Shown: in pieces, positions 22,736 to 32,036 of the stretch | Layout of the letters: each line of letters begins with the position of its first letter | Position numbering within the stretch: the stretch's first letter is position 1 | Source: an uncultured delta proteobacterium | GTDB lineage: Bacteria; Myxococcota_A; Polyangia; Polyangiales; Polyangiaceae | NCBI GenBank assembly: GCA_963841435.1 | Contig: CAWJCS010000002.1 | Span: forward strand, 640,001 to 704,000 | DNA length: 64,000 bases | Reading direction: 5' to 3' | Program-made: the position numbers and the translations under genes | The notes under the pieces: generated by a model | What the model saw: only the letters and a program-made list of their open reading frames with translations | The model's database searches: none | Told to the model about the DNA's origin: nothing

Positions 22736-23968
22736 TCAATCGATGCGGCGGATGCCTTCGAGGAAGCGTTCCGGCGGCACGAAGTCGGTGTAGCGCGCGG
22801 CCTCGCGTCCACGCGAATCGAACACGAGCACCGTGGGCAACCCGACGATGCCGAAGCGCTCGAGCGTCGCGCTCACGGTCGGATCGTCGTCGTTCGTGGC
22901 GTCGACCTTCACGGCGAGGAACCTACCGAGCTCGGCGCCGACGGCCGGCTCGGAGAACGTCACTTTGTCGAGCTCCTTGCAGGCGCCGCACCACGCGGCC
23001 GTGAAATCGACGACGAGCGGCCGGCTCTCGCGTTGTGCCTGCGCCTGCAGCGCCGCTATGTCGCCGCGCTGCCACGCGAGCGCCTCGCTCGGCTTGGTCA
23101 AGCCGAGCACCGCCGAGAATGCCCCCGCCGAAACCAACAACAGTCCGACGCCTTTGGCGACCTTCACGCCTGCACCGGGCTCGGAAAACTCGCGATGAAT
23201 GGCGCCGAGCAGCGTGCCCACGACCACCGCGATGCCCGCAGCGACGAACAGCGCCACGCCCGGCTTCACGAATGCGCCGAGCAGCGGGAATGCTGTGTTC
23301 AGGAAGTACAGCGCTACGACGACGAGCACGACGCCGAGGATCGATTTCACGTGGACCATCCAGTGCCCGCTCTTCGGCAGCTGCACGGCGAAGGTGCCCA
23401 CGGCGAAAAAAGGCGCTCCGAGCCCGAGCGCGAACGCACCCATCGCGAGCGCGCCGAGCGGAGCGCTCTTGGTCTTCGCAATCCACGTCAGGATGCCGGT
23501 CAGCACGGGTCCCGTGCACGGCGAGGCGATGAGCCCGCACGCGAGGCCCAAGAGGAAGGCGCCGCGGTACCCGATGCCGCCGATACTCGCGAGGCGATTC
23601 GTGACCGACGACGGCAGCGCGAGCTCGAAGGCACCGAATAGCGAGGCTGCGAGCAGCAGGAACAGGGCGGCCATCGCCGCAACGACCCAGCGGTTCTGCA
23701 GCACCGCGCCGAAGATCGAGCCGGTGAGGCCGGCGATGACGCCGAGCGGCACGAACATCGCGACGATGCCGAGCACGAACGCCGCCGAGAGTGCCGCGCC
23801 CTCCCAGCGCGTCGTCGACTTGCGCGCGCCGAACACGCTGACCGTCACGGCGATCATCGGGTACACGCACGGGGTGAGGCTCACGATGAACCCACCGGCG
23901 AGGGCCGCGAGCGCGGCATAGACGGGGCCCTTGCTCAGGGCCTCGGTGAACGCATCCGAGGGAGGCAC
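22736..23968 (-). CDS. dsbD: DsbD/CcdA-type thiol:disulfide interchange protein (TM domain plus thioredoxin)
   Basis: SLTPCVYPMI, ASPCTGP, LPKSGHWM, DFTAAWCGACKE; lacks the N-terminal Ig domain. Confidence 0.92.
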   Translation of the reverse strand: MPPSDAFTEALSKGPVYAALAALAGGFIVSLTPCVYPMIAVTVSVFGARKSTTRWEGAALSAAFVLGIVAMFVPLGVIAGLTGSIFGAVLQNRWVVAAMAALFLLLAASLFGAFELALPSSVTNRLASIGGIGYRGAFLLGLACGLIASPCTGPVLTGILTWIAKTKSAPLGALAMGAFALGLGAPFFAVGTFAVQLPKSGHWMVHVKSILGVVLVVVALYFLNTAFPLLGAFVKPGVALFVAAGIAVVVGTLLGAIHREFSEPGAGVKVAKGVGLLLVSAGAFSAVLGLTKPSEALAWQRGDIAALQAQAQRESRPLVVDFTAAWCGACKELDKVTFSEPAVGAELGRFLAVKVDATNDDDPTVSATLERFGIVGLPTVLVFDSRGREAARYTDFVPPERFLEGIRRID

Positions 23969-24014
23969 CTTTTCATTTTACCCCGCCCGGGGCCGGGCGG
24001 TTTCATCGAAGGGC

Positions 24015-24770
24015 TCAGCGCGGCCGCCGGGCCCGGATCCTGCGCAAAAGGCGCTTGGCGTGGGCGACCTCTCCGGCGAGGGCGACTTCCAGGGCCACGC
24101 GCCCCGTCGTCGCGCGGCGCACGAACATGGCGAGATAGCGCTCGGCGGCGCTGTCGTCGCCCTGCTCGTAGGCGAGGCCCCCGAGCACGAACTGGCCGTA
24201 ACCCTGGCCGCAGGGGGCCTCCTCCAGGCGCTCGCGGATGCTGCGGAGGGCGCCGACCGACTCCCCGGCCGCGCGGCGCGCCAGCGCCAGCTGGGCGCGG
24301 TAGAGGGGCTTGTCGGTCGTCCCCCAGCGCGCGGCGCGGGCGAGGGCACCGGCCGCCTCGCGATGCCGCCCCGCGAGGAAAAGCACGCTCCCGAGCGTCC
24401 AGAGATGGAAAGCGCGCCGCGCCGGAGGGCTCACCCGGCTCGCGATCCTGAGATGCTCGAGGGCGCCATCCCGGTCGCCCACCCCGAGGCAGGCCCGAGC
24501 GGCATCCTGGCGCGCCACGTCCGGCATGATGGCGGAGGTGAGCATCTGCTCGGCCACGATGAGCGCCTCGGCGAAACGCCGCCCCTCCATGTGCGAGAGA
24601 TAGAGCTGCCGGAGCAGCATGGTGCGGGTCGTCCGGTCGAGGGCTCCGCGATGCGACAGGCCGCGCCGAGCGTATTTTGCTCTCGTCACGGGGGTGCGCG
24701 CCAAGCTCGCCTTTCGGAGCATCCCCTCGGGGGTGACCCGCTCTTCGAGGGCGGCGCGCGGTCGCGTCAT
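24015..24770 (-). CDS. TPR-like helical hypothetical protein
   Basis: Helical repeats (DAARACLGVG, LWTLGSVLFLAG, FVLGGLAYEQG); TGCTAGTCT -10-like element upstream. Confidence 0.7.
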   Translation of the reverse strand: MTRPRAALEERVTPEGMLRKASLARTPVTRAKYARRGLSHRGALDRTTRTMLLRQLYLSHMEGRRFAEALIVAEQMLTSAIMPDVARQDAARACLGVGDRDGALEHLRIASRVSPPARRAFHLWTLGSVLFLAGRHREAAGALARAARWGTTDKPLYRAQLALARRAAGESVGALRSIRERLEEAPCGQGYGQFVLGGLAYEQGDDSAAERYLAMFVRRATTGRVALEVALAGEVAHAKRLLRRIRARRPR

Positions 24771-24887
24771 GTCGTGTTTCAGACTAGCAGGACCTGTACA
24801 GGCGTCCAGATTTCGGCGGCCTCCGGCCGGCCCCCCCCGGCGCCCCATTTGCTACTCCGGGCGGCACGTTTCACGCTCGCACCCGCC

Positions 24888-25238
24888 ATGCGCCACGACC
24901 CAGAGCTCTCCGCGCGCGCGCCGTTTCCTCCGAGCCCCCGGGGGGCCGCGCTCGCCAGTGTGCTCGGCGTGCTGATCGCTGCGGGTGTCGTCGCGGGCTG
25001 CGGGCACCGCGCGACCGAGAAGGACTGTGAGGAGATCGTCGAGCGCGTGGCCACGCTGGAGCTCAGGCGTGCGAAGGTCGGCCCCGACACGTTCGCGAGC
25101 GAGCTCAAGATCGCCAAGGACTCGTTCAAAAAGGACGTCGGCCAGCGCTGCGTCGGTCGGCGCATCACCGACGCGGCCATGCGCTGCGTGCGCTCGGCGA
25201 AGACCGCTCAGGAGATCGAGGACGTGTGCTTCCGCTGA
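24888..25238 (+). CDS. small 4-Cys lipoprotein
   Basis: VAGC lipobox; C...C-x11-C-x13-C pattern. Confidence 0.72.
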   Translation: MRHDPELSARAPFPPSPRGAALASVLGVLIAAGVVAGCGHRATEKDCEEIVERVATLELRRAKVGPDTFASELKIAKDSFKKDVGQRCVGRRITDAAMRCVRSAKTAQEIEDVCFR

Positions 25239-25579
25239 GGCCGCTCGGACGCGTGCTCGACGGTCGCTTCACGATTGCCCCCGCGGGGCTCGGCTGCGAG
25301 CTCGTCGCGGTCGCGCTCGCGTTCTCGCTCGCCTCGTGCCAAAAGGGGGTATCAGCCGAGGCGTGCGACGCGCTCTTGGATCGCTACGTCGAGAAGCTCG
25401 TCGGGTCGGATTGGCCGGACGTGGGCGTGGGCGAGCTGGTCCGAATGCAAGCTCGCGCACGCGCGACAGCTCAAACGGACCCGGCGTTTCGTGACTGTTC
25501 GCAGCGCGTCTCGCGCGCCCAGCTCGATTGCGCGATGGAGGCGGAGAACGTCGACCGCATGGAGATCTGCCTGGAGTAG
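25226..25579 (+). CDS. small 4-Cys lipoprotein, paralog of the upstream gene (start uncertain)
   Basis: LASC lipobox; near-identical Cys spacing to 24888..25238. Confidence 0.7.
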   Translation: MLPLRPLGRVLDGRFTIAPAGLGCELVAVALAFSLASCQKGVSAEACDALLDRYVEKLVGSDWPDVGVGELVRMQARARATAQTDPAFRDCSQRVSRAQLDCAMEAENVDRMEICLE

Positions 25580-25719
25580 AGGCGCTCGCACGCCCAGGGG
25601 TCGGCCCTTTCGCCTTCCCGTCACGCGGTAGGCCAAAGTGGCAAGAGGTGGGCGACCCGCGTTGAATCGCAGGCGACCCCCTTCATTTCCTCGCGGCCCT
25701 CGGGCACGATGCCGAGGCA

Positions 25720-26958
25720 ATGGCCAAGCGCCCTCACGTTCTCGGCATGGTGCTCGCTGGCGGCGAAGGCCGGCGCCTGCACCCGCTCACGCGCGATCGC
25801 TGCAAGCCGGCCGTGCCCTTCGGTGCGAACTACCGCATCATCGATTTCGCGCTCTCGAATCTCGTGAACGGTCGCTTCCTGCGTATCGCGGTGCTCACGC
25901 AGTACAAGAGCCACAGTCTCGACCGCCACATCGCCCAGACCTGGCGCATGTCGCATCTGTTCAACAACTACGTGATGACCGTGCCCGCCCAGATGCGCCT
26001 CGGCAGGCGCTGGTTCGAGGGCTCCGCCGACGCCATCTACCAGAACCTGAATCTGATCGGCGACGAGCGGCCCGATTACATCTGCGTTTTCGGTGCCGAC
26101 CACATCTACCGCATGGATCCCGAGCAGATGGTGCAGGCGCACATCGAATCGGGAGCCGGCGTCACGGTCGCGGCGATGCGAGCCCCGCGCTCCGAGTCGT
26201 CGCGCTTCGGCGTGCTCGTGCCCGGATCGAACGGCCGCATCGCGCAGTTTCAGGAGAAGCCGGAGGTCGCCGAGGGGCTGCCGGACGATCCCGACAAGGT
26301 GTTCGTGTCGATGGGCAACTACGTGTTCAGCACGCGCGTGCTCGTCGACGCAGTCCGGACCGACGCCGAGAACAAGGACAGCGTCCACGACATGGGCGGC
26401 AACATCATCACCATGCTGGTCGAGGCGGGCATGGCCTCCGTGTACGACTTCGCGCTGAACAAGCTGCCCGGCGCCACCGAGCGTGACCGCGGGTACTGGC
26501 GCGACGTCGGCACGCTCGACAGCTACTTCGAGGCCAACATGGACCTCATCAGCGTGCACCCGATCTTCAACCTGTACAACCGCGATTGGCCGATTCACAC
26601 CGGCTTCAGTTCGCTTCCGCCTGCCAAGTTCGTGCTCGAGGAGGGCGACCGCCGCGGCGCGGCCTTCGACTCGATCATCAGCGCCGGCGTGATCGTCTCG
26701 GGTGGCACCGTGCGTCGCTCGGTGCTCTCGCCGGGAGTCTCCGTCCATTCGCGAGCGCTCGTCGAGGACTCGGTGCTTCTCGACGGGGTCGACGTGGGGC
26801 GCGACGCCATCGTGCGCCGTGCCATCGTCAACAAGAACGTGGTCATTCCGCGCGGTGCGCGCGTGGGCGTCAACGTGGACGAAGACCGGGCGCGAGGATA
26901 CACGTTCAGCGAAAACGGCATCGTCGTGCTCGGCAAGGGTGACGTGGTCAAGGCGTAG
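25720..26958 (+). CDS. glgC: glucose-1-phosphate adenylyltransferase (actinobacterial-like)
   Basis: [56 protein letters not shown]. Confidence 0.97.
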   Translation: MAKRPHVLGMVLAGGEGRRLHPLTRDRCKPAVPFGANYRIIDFALSNLVNGRFLRIAVLTQYKSHSLDRHIAQTWRMSHLFNNYVMTVPAQMRLGRRWFEGSADAIYQNLNLIGDERPDYICVFGADHIYRMDPEQMVQAHIESGAGVTVAAMRAPRSESSRFGVLVPGSNGRIAQFQEKPEVAEGLPDDPDKVFVSMGNYVFSTRVLVDAVRTDAENKDSVHDMGGNIITMLVEAGMASVYDFALNKLPGATERDRGYWRDVGTLDSYFEANMDLISVHPIFNLYNRDWPIHTGFSSLPPAKFVLEEGDRRGAAFDSIISAGVIVSGGTVRRSVLSPGVSVHSRALVEDSVLLDGVDVGRDAIVRRAIVNKNVVIPRGARVGVNVDEDRARGYTFSENGIVVLGKGDVVKA

Positions 26959-26976
26959 TCACGCCTCCGAGCCGAC

Positions 26977-28194
26977 ATGCAAAGAGAGCGCCGCCTCCAG
27001 GCCGCCATCGTCACGCGCGAGTACCCGCCCGAAATCTACGGGGGTGCGGGCGTTCACGTCGAACACCTCGTTCGCGCGCTCGCTTCCCATGTCGAGGTGC
27101 GCGTGCACTGCTTCGGCAAGCCTCGCGAGGCGCCGGAAGTGGCGGGCTGTTACGAGCCCTGGAGCGCTCTTTTGGGCTCGGAGCCCGAGCTCGCGGCGCT
27201 GCGCACGTTGTCGCTCGACCTTCTCGCAGCGCACCACCTGCGCGGCAGCGACATCGTGCACACGCACACCTGGTACGCAAACCTCGCCGGCCACCTCGCC
27301 AAGCTCCTCTACGGCGTCCCGCACGTGATGACTTCGCATAGCCTCGAGCCGCTCCGGCCCTGGAAGGTCGAGCAGCTCGGGGGCGGCTACGCGGTCTCGA
27401 GCTTCGCCGAGCGCACGGCGATCGAGAGTGCCGACGCCGTGATCGCCGTCTCGCAGGCCATGAAGCGCGACATCCTCGTGGCGTACCCCCTCGTTCCGAA
27501 CGAGCGCGTGCACGTGATCTACAACGGCATCGATCCGGACGAATACAAGCCCGACGGTGGTAGCGAGGTGCTCGCGCGCCGCGGTGTGGACGAAAAACGG
27601 CCTTACGTCGCCTTCGTAGGGCGCGTGACACGGCAGAAGGGCATCGTGCATCTCTTGCGCGCGGCGCGCTACACGGCCCCCGGCACGGCCTTCGTGCTCT
27701 GCGTGGGAGAGGCCGACACGCCCGAGATTGGCGCCGAGTTCGAGACGCTTGCTGCCGAAATCCACCGCGAGCGCGGCGGCATCGTGCGCATCGACGGCAT
27801 GGTGGCACGCTCGGAGGTTGCCCAGATCTTGAGCCACGCGCGCGCCTTCGTGTGCCCGTCGGTGTACGAGCCATTCGGCATCGTCAACCTCGAGGCCATG
27901 GCGTGCGGCGTGCCCGTCATCGCTTCGAGCGTCGGCGGCATTCCCGAAATCGTGGTCGAGGGCGAGACGGGATTTCTCGTCGCGTTCGAGGGTGACGGCA
28001 CCGCCAAGAACGAGCCGCGCGATCCCGAGGCGTTCGCTCGTGCGCTCGCGTCGCGCATCGACGAGCTCGTGAGCGATCCCGAACGAGCGCGCCGCATGGG
28101 CGAGGCCGGGCGCACCCGCGTCGTCGAGCACTTCTCGTGGGCCGCGATCGCCAAGCGCACGGCCGAGCTCTACCGGAGCCTGGTCGGGCGCTGA
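26977..28194 (+). CDS. glgA: GT4 glycogen synthase / maltose-1-phosphate synthase (Corynebacterium/Mycobacterium GlgA/GlgM type)
   Basis: TREYPPEIYGGAGVHV, HTHTWYANLAG, HSLEPLRPWKVEQLGGGY, FVGRVTRQKG, CPSVYEPFGIVNLEAMAC. Confidence 0.93.
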   Translation: MQRERRLQAAIVTREYPPEIYGGAGVHVEHLVRALASHVEVRVHCFGKPREAPEVAGCYEPWSALLGSEPELAALRTLSLDLLAAHHLRGSDIVHTHTWYANLAGHLAKLLYGVPHVMTSHSLEPLRPWKVEQLGGGYAVSSFAERTAIESADAVIAVSQAMKRDILVAYPLVPNERVHVIYNGIDPDEYKPDGGSEVLARRGVDEKRPYVAFVGRVTRQKGIVHLLRAARYTAPGTAFVLCVGEADTPEIGAEFETLAAEIHRERGGIVRIDGMVARSEVAQILSHARAFVCPSVYEPFGIVNLEAMACGVPVIASSVGGIPEIVVEGETGFLVAFEGDGTAKNEPRDPEAFARALASRIDELVSDPERARRMGEAGRTRVVEHFSWAAIAKRTAELYRSLVGR

Positions 28195-28231
28195 CCCGAG
28201 GGGCCGGACGCCGCCCCTCACGCTCGAGCGC

Positions 28232-29572
28232 TCACGGTCGGAGTCGCAACACGAAGCGTTGCGGCGCGAGGCTTCGCGGCTCGGTCGCGAGATCGACGCT
28301 CGGGTCGATGAGGCGCTGGCTCGGTCGCCCGTTGAGGGCCGCCCAGGCGTCGGCATAGACGCTCACGTGGGTGTGCCCGCGAGCGCGGTAGCGCTCGGCG
28401 ACGTACAGAGCGTACTCGTGAATCATGTCCGGTTGGATCGACATCATCGCGTATTGCATCGGCGTGAGCTCGTCGTCGGGGAGGGCGCGGAGGCGCCGTG
28501 GGGGCGTGTCGGCGACCACGGTGAGCTCGACGTGCCCCGTCTTCTCGTTCAGCATCACGCGCCACGCAAAGCGAAAGCCCTCCTCGGTCCAGCTCGCCGC
28601 TCCGGGATAGAAAAGGGAGCGAGCGGGCAACACGAGCTGCGCGGCGAGCAGGATCGCGAGCGTGACTCGTTCGACACCGCGAACGACCCGTGGCTCGAGC
28701 CGCGCGGCGGGCTCTGGCCCCGCTCGCCAGGAGAAACGCAGCCAGCCGGGCTCGAAGAAGACCGTACAGGTCAGGACCATCAACCAGGAAAACACGCCGA
28801 TCGGGAACAGCAGCCCGACGAGCCCGTGAAACGCGACGGCGACGCCGAACGCCGCCGCCCGCGAGCGCCGAAAGAGGAGGAGCGGCACGATCGCGAGATC
28901 GAAGGCCACGCCGGCAAAGCTCGCCGCGTACGCCGTGGCGGGCGACGCGACGAGCGGGCCGACGAGCGGGAGCTCCGCGAAGCGACCGAGCCAGAGCCCG
29001 AGCGGCTGGGCGGAAAACAGCCAGTCTGGGTTGAGCTTGGCGACCCCCGCGTAAAAATACACGATGAAAAGCTGCGCGCGAAGCGCGTGGTACGCGAACG
29101 CCGGCACCTTACGCTCGTGGCCCCGGCGCCGTGCGTCGAGGGAAAAGGCCGCCCCAGCGTCGAGGATCACGAAGTAGAGCGCGACGAGACTCGCGAGATA
29201 GTAGTGGTTGAGGTACGTCGCCTTGTCGAAGAGCTCGGCGAGCGTGAACGTGACGAAGAACGTGAACGCCGCGAGCCGCGTCCACGCGCCGAGCATCAGC
29301 GCGACCGCAGCGAGCGCCATCAGCGAAAAGTGCACGGCGAGGCCAAAGGCTGGCCAGGGCCGCACCCATTCGAAGCCGAGATAGGTAAAGTGAAAGGAAG
29401 GCGCGAGGTAGAGCTCGGAAATCCAGCCCTTCGCCACGAATCGCAGGGTCGAGAGCAGCATCAGCGCGCCGAAGCCGATGCGGAACGCGGCGAGTCCCGC
29501 GGCATCGACGGGTCGCGCGAGAGCGGCGAGGGCGCGGCGAGCCAGGCGACGGCCGTGTTCAGTCGCCGTCAT
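28232..29572 (-). CDS. HTTM domain protein, vitamin K-dependent gamma-carboxylase homolog
   Basis: LAAFRIGFG, DKATYLNHYYL, YFYAGVAKLNPDWL, IGVFSWLM, WTEEGFRFAWRVML, QPDMI, LNGRPSQRLIDPSVDLA. Confidence 0.92.
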   Translation of the reverse strand: MTATEHGRRLARRALAALARPVDAAGLAAFRIGFGALMLLSTLRFVAKGWISELYLAPSFHFTYLGFEWVRPWPAFGLAVHFSLMALAAVALMLGAWTRLAAFTFFVTFTLAELFDKATYLNHYYLASLVALYFVILDAGAAFSLDARRRGHERKVPAFAYHALRAQLFIVYFYAGVAKLNPDWLFSAQPLGLWLGRFAELPLVGPLVASPATAYAASFAGVAFDLAIVPLLLFRRSRAAAFGVAVAFHGLVGLLFPIGVFSWLMVLTCTVFFEPGWLRFSWRAGPEPAARLEPRVVRGVERVTLAILLAAQLVLPARSLFYPGAASWTEEGFRFAWRVMLNEKTGHVELTVVADTPPRRLRALPDDELTPMQYAMMSIQPDMIHEYALYVAERYRARGHTHVSVYADAWAALNGRPSQRLIDPSVDLATEPRSLAPQRFVLRLRP

Positions 29573-30635
29573 TTTGGCTGAAGCCCACGCTCAGTGCGAG
29601 CGCGTTCACCATCTCGATCTGCACGAGCCGACCGAGCGCCGCGAGCGCGTCGACGGCGCGGCTGACGTCGCGCGGGCTCTCGCTCACGGCGCGAGTGAGC
29701 GGCTCCGGCACGGCCTCGACCGCCGCGCGTGCCGCGGTGAGTCGCTCGGTCATCACCCCGTCGAAATCGTGCCCGCGCGAGCGCAAGTACCGGCCTAGCC
29801 CGCTGCCCGCAGGGTCGCCGAAGTAAACGAGCGAGACGCCGTCGAGCGCGTCGCCGAGATCCGCGAGCGAGCGGCCGCTGAAGCGGGACTCGGCGGCGTC
29901 CGGGGCGGCGCTGCCCTCGGGTGCCTGTCCCAGTGGCTTTTCCAGTCGATCGATGCGCATCGCTTCGAGCGAGACGCCGAGCTCCTGCAAGACCGCCGAG
30001 ACGGCCAGCGTGAGCGACGCGTAGCGCGAGCTCGTGCGACCGGCGCCGACGAGCTCACCGAGATAGTCGTCGCCCGCCGGGTCCCAGGCCGCACGCAGCT
30101 CCGTGGCGCGGACCCGGAGGTCCTCCGTGAGCGCGAGCAGGTATTCGCAGCGTCGCGGAGTGTCCGAGAGCTCGGCGACGAGGTCCGCGTTCGGCTCGTA
30201 GAGCAGATACTCGATGGCGGGCATGCCCTTCTCGGCGGCGCCGAGCGTCGTCGGCCCCTCGTCGTCGAGCGTCAACGTGGAGGCGAGCACGCCTTCGATG
30301 GCGGCCGGGCGTGCCGGCCAGAAGTCGATCTTCGGGCCCAGCCTGAGCGGCTCGTCCGAGTAGGGGCCGAAGGCGAAAGCGTCCCCGCGCTTGAGCGGCG
30401 CGCGTGCCTCCCACCATGCACCGCGCGCGGACTCGAGCGAGCCGTCATCGGGCATCTCGCAGAGCGCCTCGGTCTCGTCGCGGAGCACCTCGGTGCGCGC
30501 TTCGAAATCCCGATAAACCGGCAGCACGACGCCGCCACCGAACGATTCGAGCCACGCGCGGCGCGCGTCCGGCACCTCGTACGGACTGCACGCACCGGCC
30601 ACGAAAAAGAGGGCGAGCGGTAGCGAGCGCCTCAC
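29559..30635 (-). CDS. imelysin (peptidase M75) family lipoprotein
   Basis: AGAC lipobox, ARGAW, IDFWP, KGMPAIEYLL, ESRFSGRS, C-terminal GFSQNDGD. Confidence 0.9.
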   Translation of the reverse strand: MRRSLPLALFFVAGACSPYEVPDARRAWLESFGGGVVLPVYRDFEARTEVLRDETEALCEMPDDGSLESARGAWWEARAPLKRGDAFAFGPYSDEPLRLGPKIDFWPARPAAIEGVLASTLTLDDEGPTTLGAAEKGMPAIEYLLYEPNADLVAELSDTPRRCEYLLALTEDLRVRATELRAAWDPAGDDYLGELVGAGRTSSRYASLTLAVSAVLQELGVSLEAMRIDRLEKPLGQAPEGSAAPDAAESRFSGRSLADLGDALDGVSLVYFGDPAGSGLGRYLRSRGHDFDGVMTERLTAARAAVEAVPEPLTRAVSESPRDVSRAVDALAALGRLVQIEMVNALALSVGFSQNDGD

Positions 30636-32036
30636 AGTGACTCCACGAAGACGACGAGCGCCGAGCGCTCCTCCAACGTCATGCTGCGGAACGCCTCGCG
30701 CGAGCTAGCGCCCTCACCGTCGTGCCACAGAACGGCTTCGGCGACGCCGCGAGCGCGCCCGTCGTGCAATAGGCGGTCGTGGCCGTTGACGGCAGGGACG
30801 CGGCCGACGCCCCAGAGCGGCGGTGTGCGCCACTCGCTCCCACCGGCGCCGAAGCTCGGGCGACCGTCGGAAAGCCCTTCGCCGAGGTCGTGCAGCAGAA
30901 GATCGGTGTACGGGAAGATCACCTGATGGGAGAGCTCGGGTAGATCCTCGACGTTGCCGGTCTCGTGTCGCGGGACGTGGCAGCGATCGCAGCCCGCGCT
31001 CGAAAAGAGCGCCTGCCCGCGCCGCACGGGCGCCTGGGCCGCGTCCTGTCGCGCCGGTACGGCGAGCAGCCGTGCGTAGATCTCCACGCGGTCGAGGATG
31101 TCGGGACCGACCTCGGGGTCGCCGCCCGTCACGCGTGCGGCGCATTCGCGCTCGGCGGCCGTGCAGTCCTGCTCGACGAAGAGCGGTGTCGTGAGCCCGA
31201 GGTCGCCGAGGAAGGCGCCCGCGGCTTGCTGGCGGACGGAAGGCTGCTCCGCTTTCCAGCCGAAGCGCCCCGGCTCCTCACGGCCGAGCGCCATGTCCCA
31301 CACGCGATTGAGGCGCCCCGAGATGCCGTCCTCGTCGGCATCGTCGGGATCCTCGAGCGCGTCGAGCCGCTCGACCGGTATCGCCTCGAGCAGGCCGAGG
31401 CCGATCATCGCGGGCGCCACGCGCGGTGACACGACGAGCTCTGGGTCGAGCTCGCCGTAGCCGGGCTCGTCGATGCCGTACGTCGGGGCGAGCAGCGTGT
31501 ACGGCTCGCCGTCGGCGAACGTTCCGGCCACCTCCTCGACCTCGAGTCGCGGTGTCCCCTCGACGGGCACGTCGTCGATCGCGAACGGCTGGAGCTGTCC
31601 GCCGTACGTCGGCTCCGGCAGGGGCTCGCCGTGGGGGCCGCGCCCGGGGACGCCGAGTCGCAGGAGCAAGCCGAGGAACGCCTCGTGCGGATTCGAGCGG
31701 CGGCCGGCCGCGGCCATCCTTGAAGTGGCACGCCGCGCACGAGCGTGCGTTGAAGAGTGGTCCGAGGCCGTCGCGCCCTGCCGTGCTCGAAGGCGCCTGC
31801 ACCCAGGGCTGGTTGAAGTACGCATTGCCCGCGAAAAAGAGCGGCTCGTGCTCGTCGCTCAGATTCGCCGCGGGCAGCGTGAAAGCGTTCGAGCCGCCGA
31901 GCAGCGTGTTGGTCGTGGCGCCGCCCGGCATGCGTTCCTCGAGCGCGGGTGACGTGTCCGATGGAGCTTGCGTCGAGCCGGAGCAGGCGAGCGTCGCGAG
32001 ACCCAGCGCGAGCGATAGCCGCAGAGCTGAGCTCAT
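30632..32036 (-). CDS. di-haem oxidoreductase family (DHOR/DUF1111) lipoprotein (apparent +1 frameshift at ~31692)
   Basis: LAC lipobox, DGLGPLFNARSCAACH, PTYGGQLQ, GLGLLEAIP, GRFGWKA, CDRCH, PYTDLLLHD, WRTPPLWG, LHDGRAR. The two track ORFs join on removing one base. Confidence 0.92.

Noticed and set aside
15465-25650. Identical 13-mer GTGGCAAGAGGTG in two intergenic regions (15465 and 25638), resembling a sigma54 -24 box
   Set aside because: The -12 TTGC element is absent, and two copies of a 13-mer are compatible with chance
31278-31825. DHOR as two separate genes, a true pseudogene or a programmed frameshift
   Set aside because: A single extra base in the same context as two other frameshifts, no slippery heptamer and no other decay; a sequencing artefact is more parsimonious
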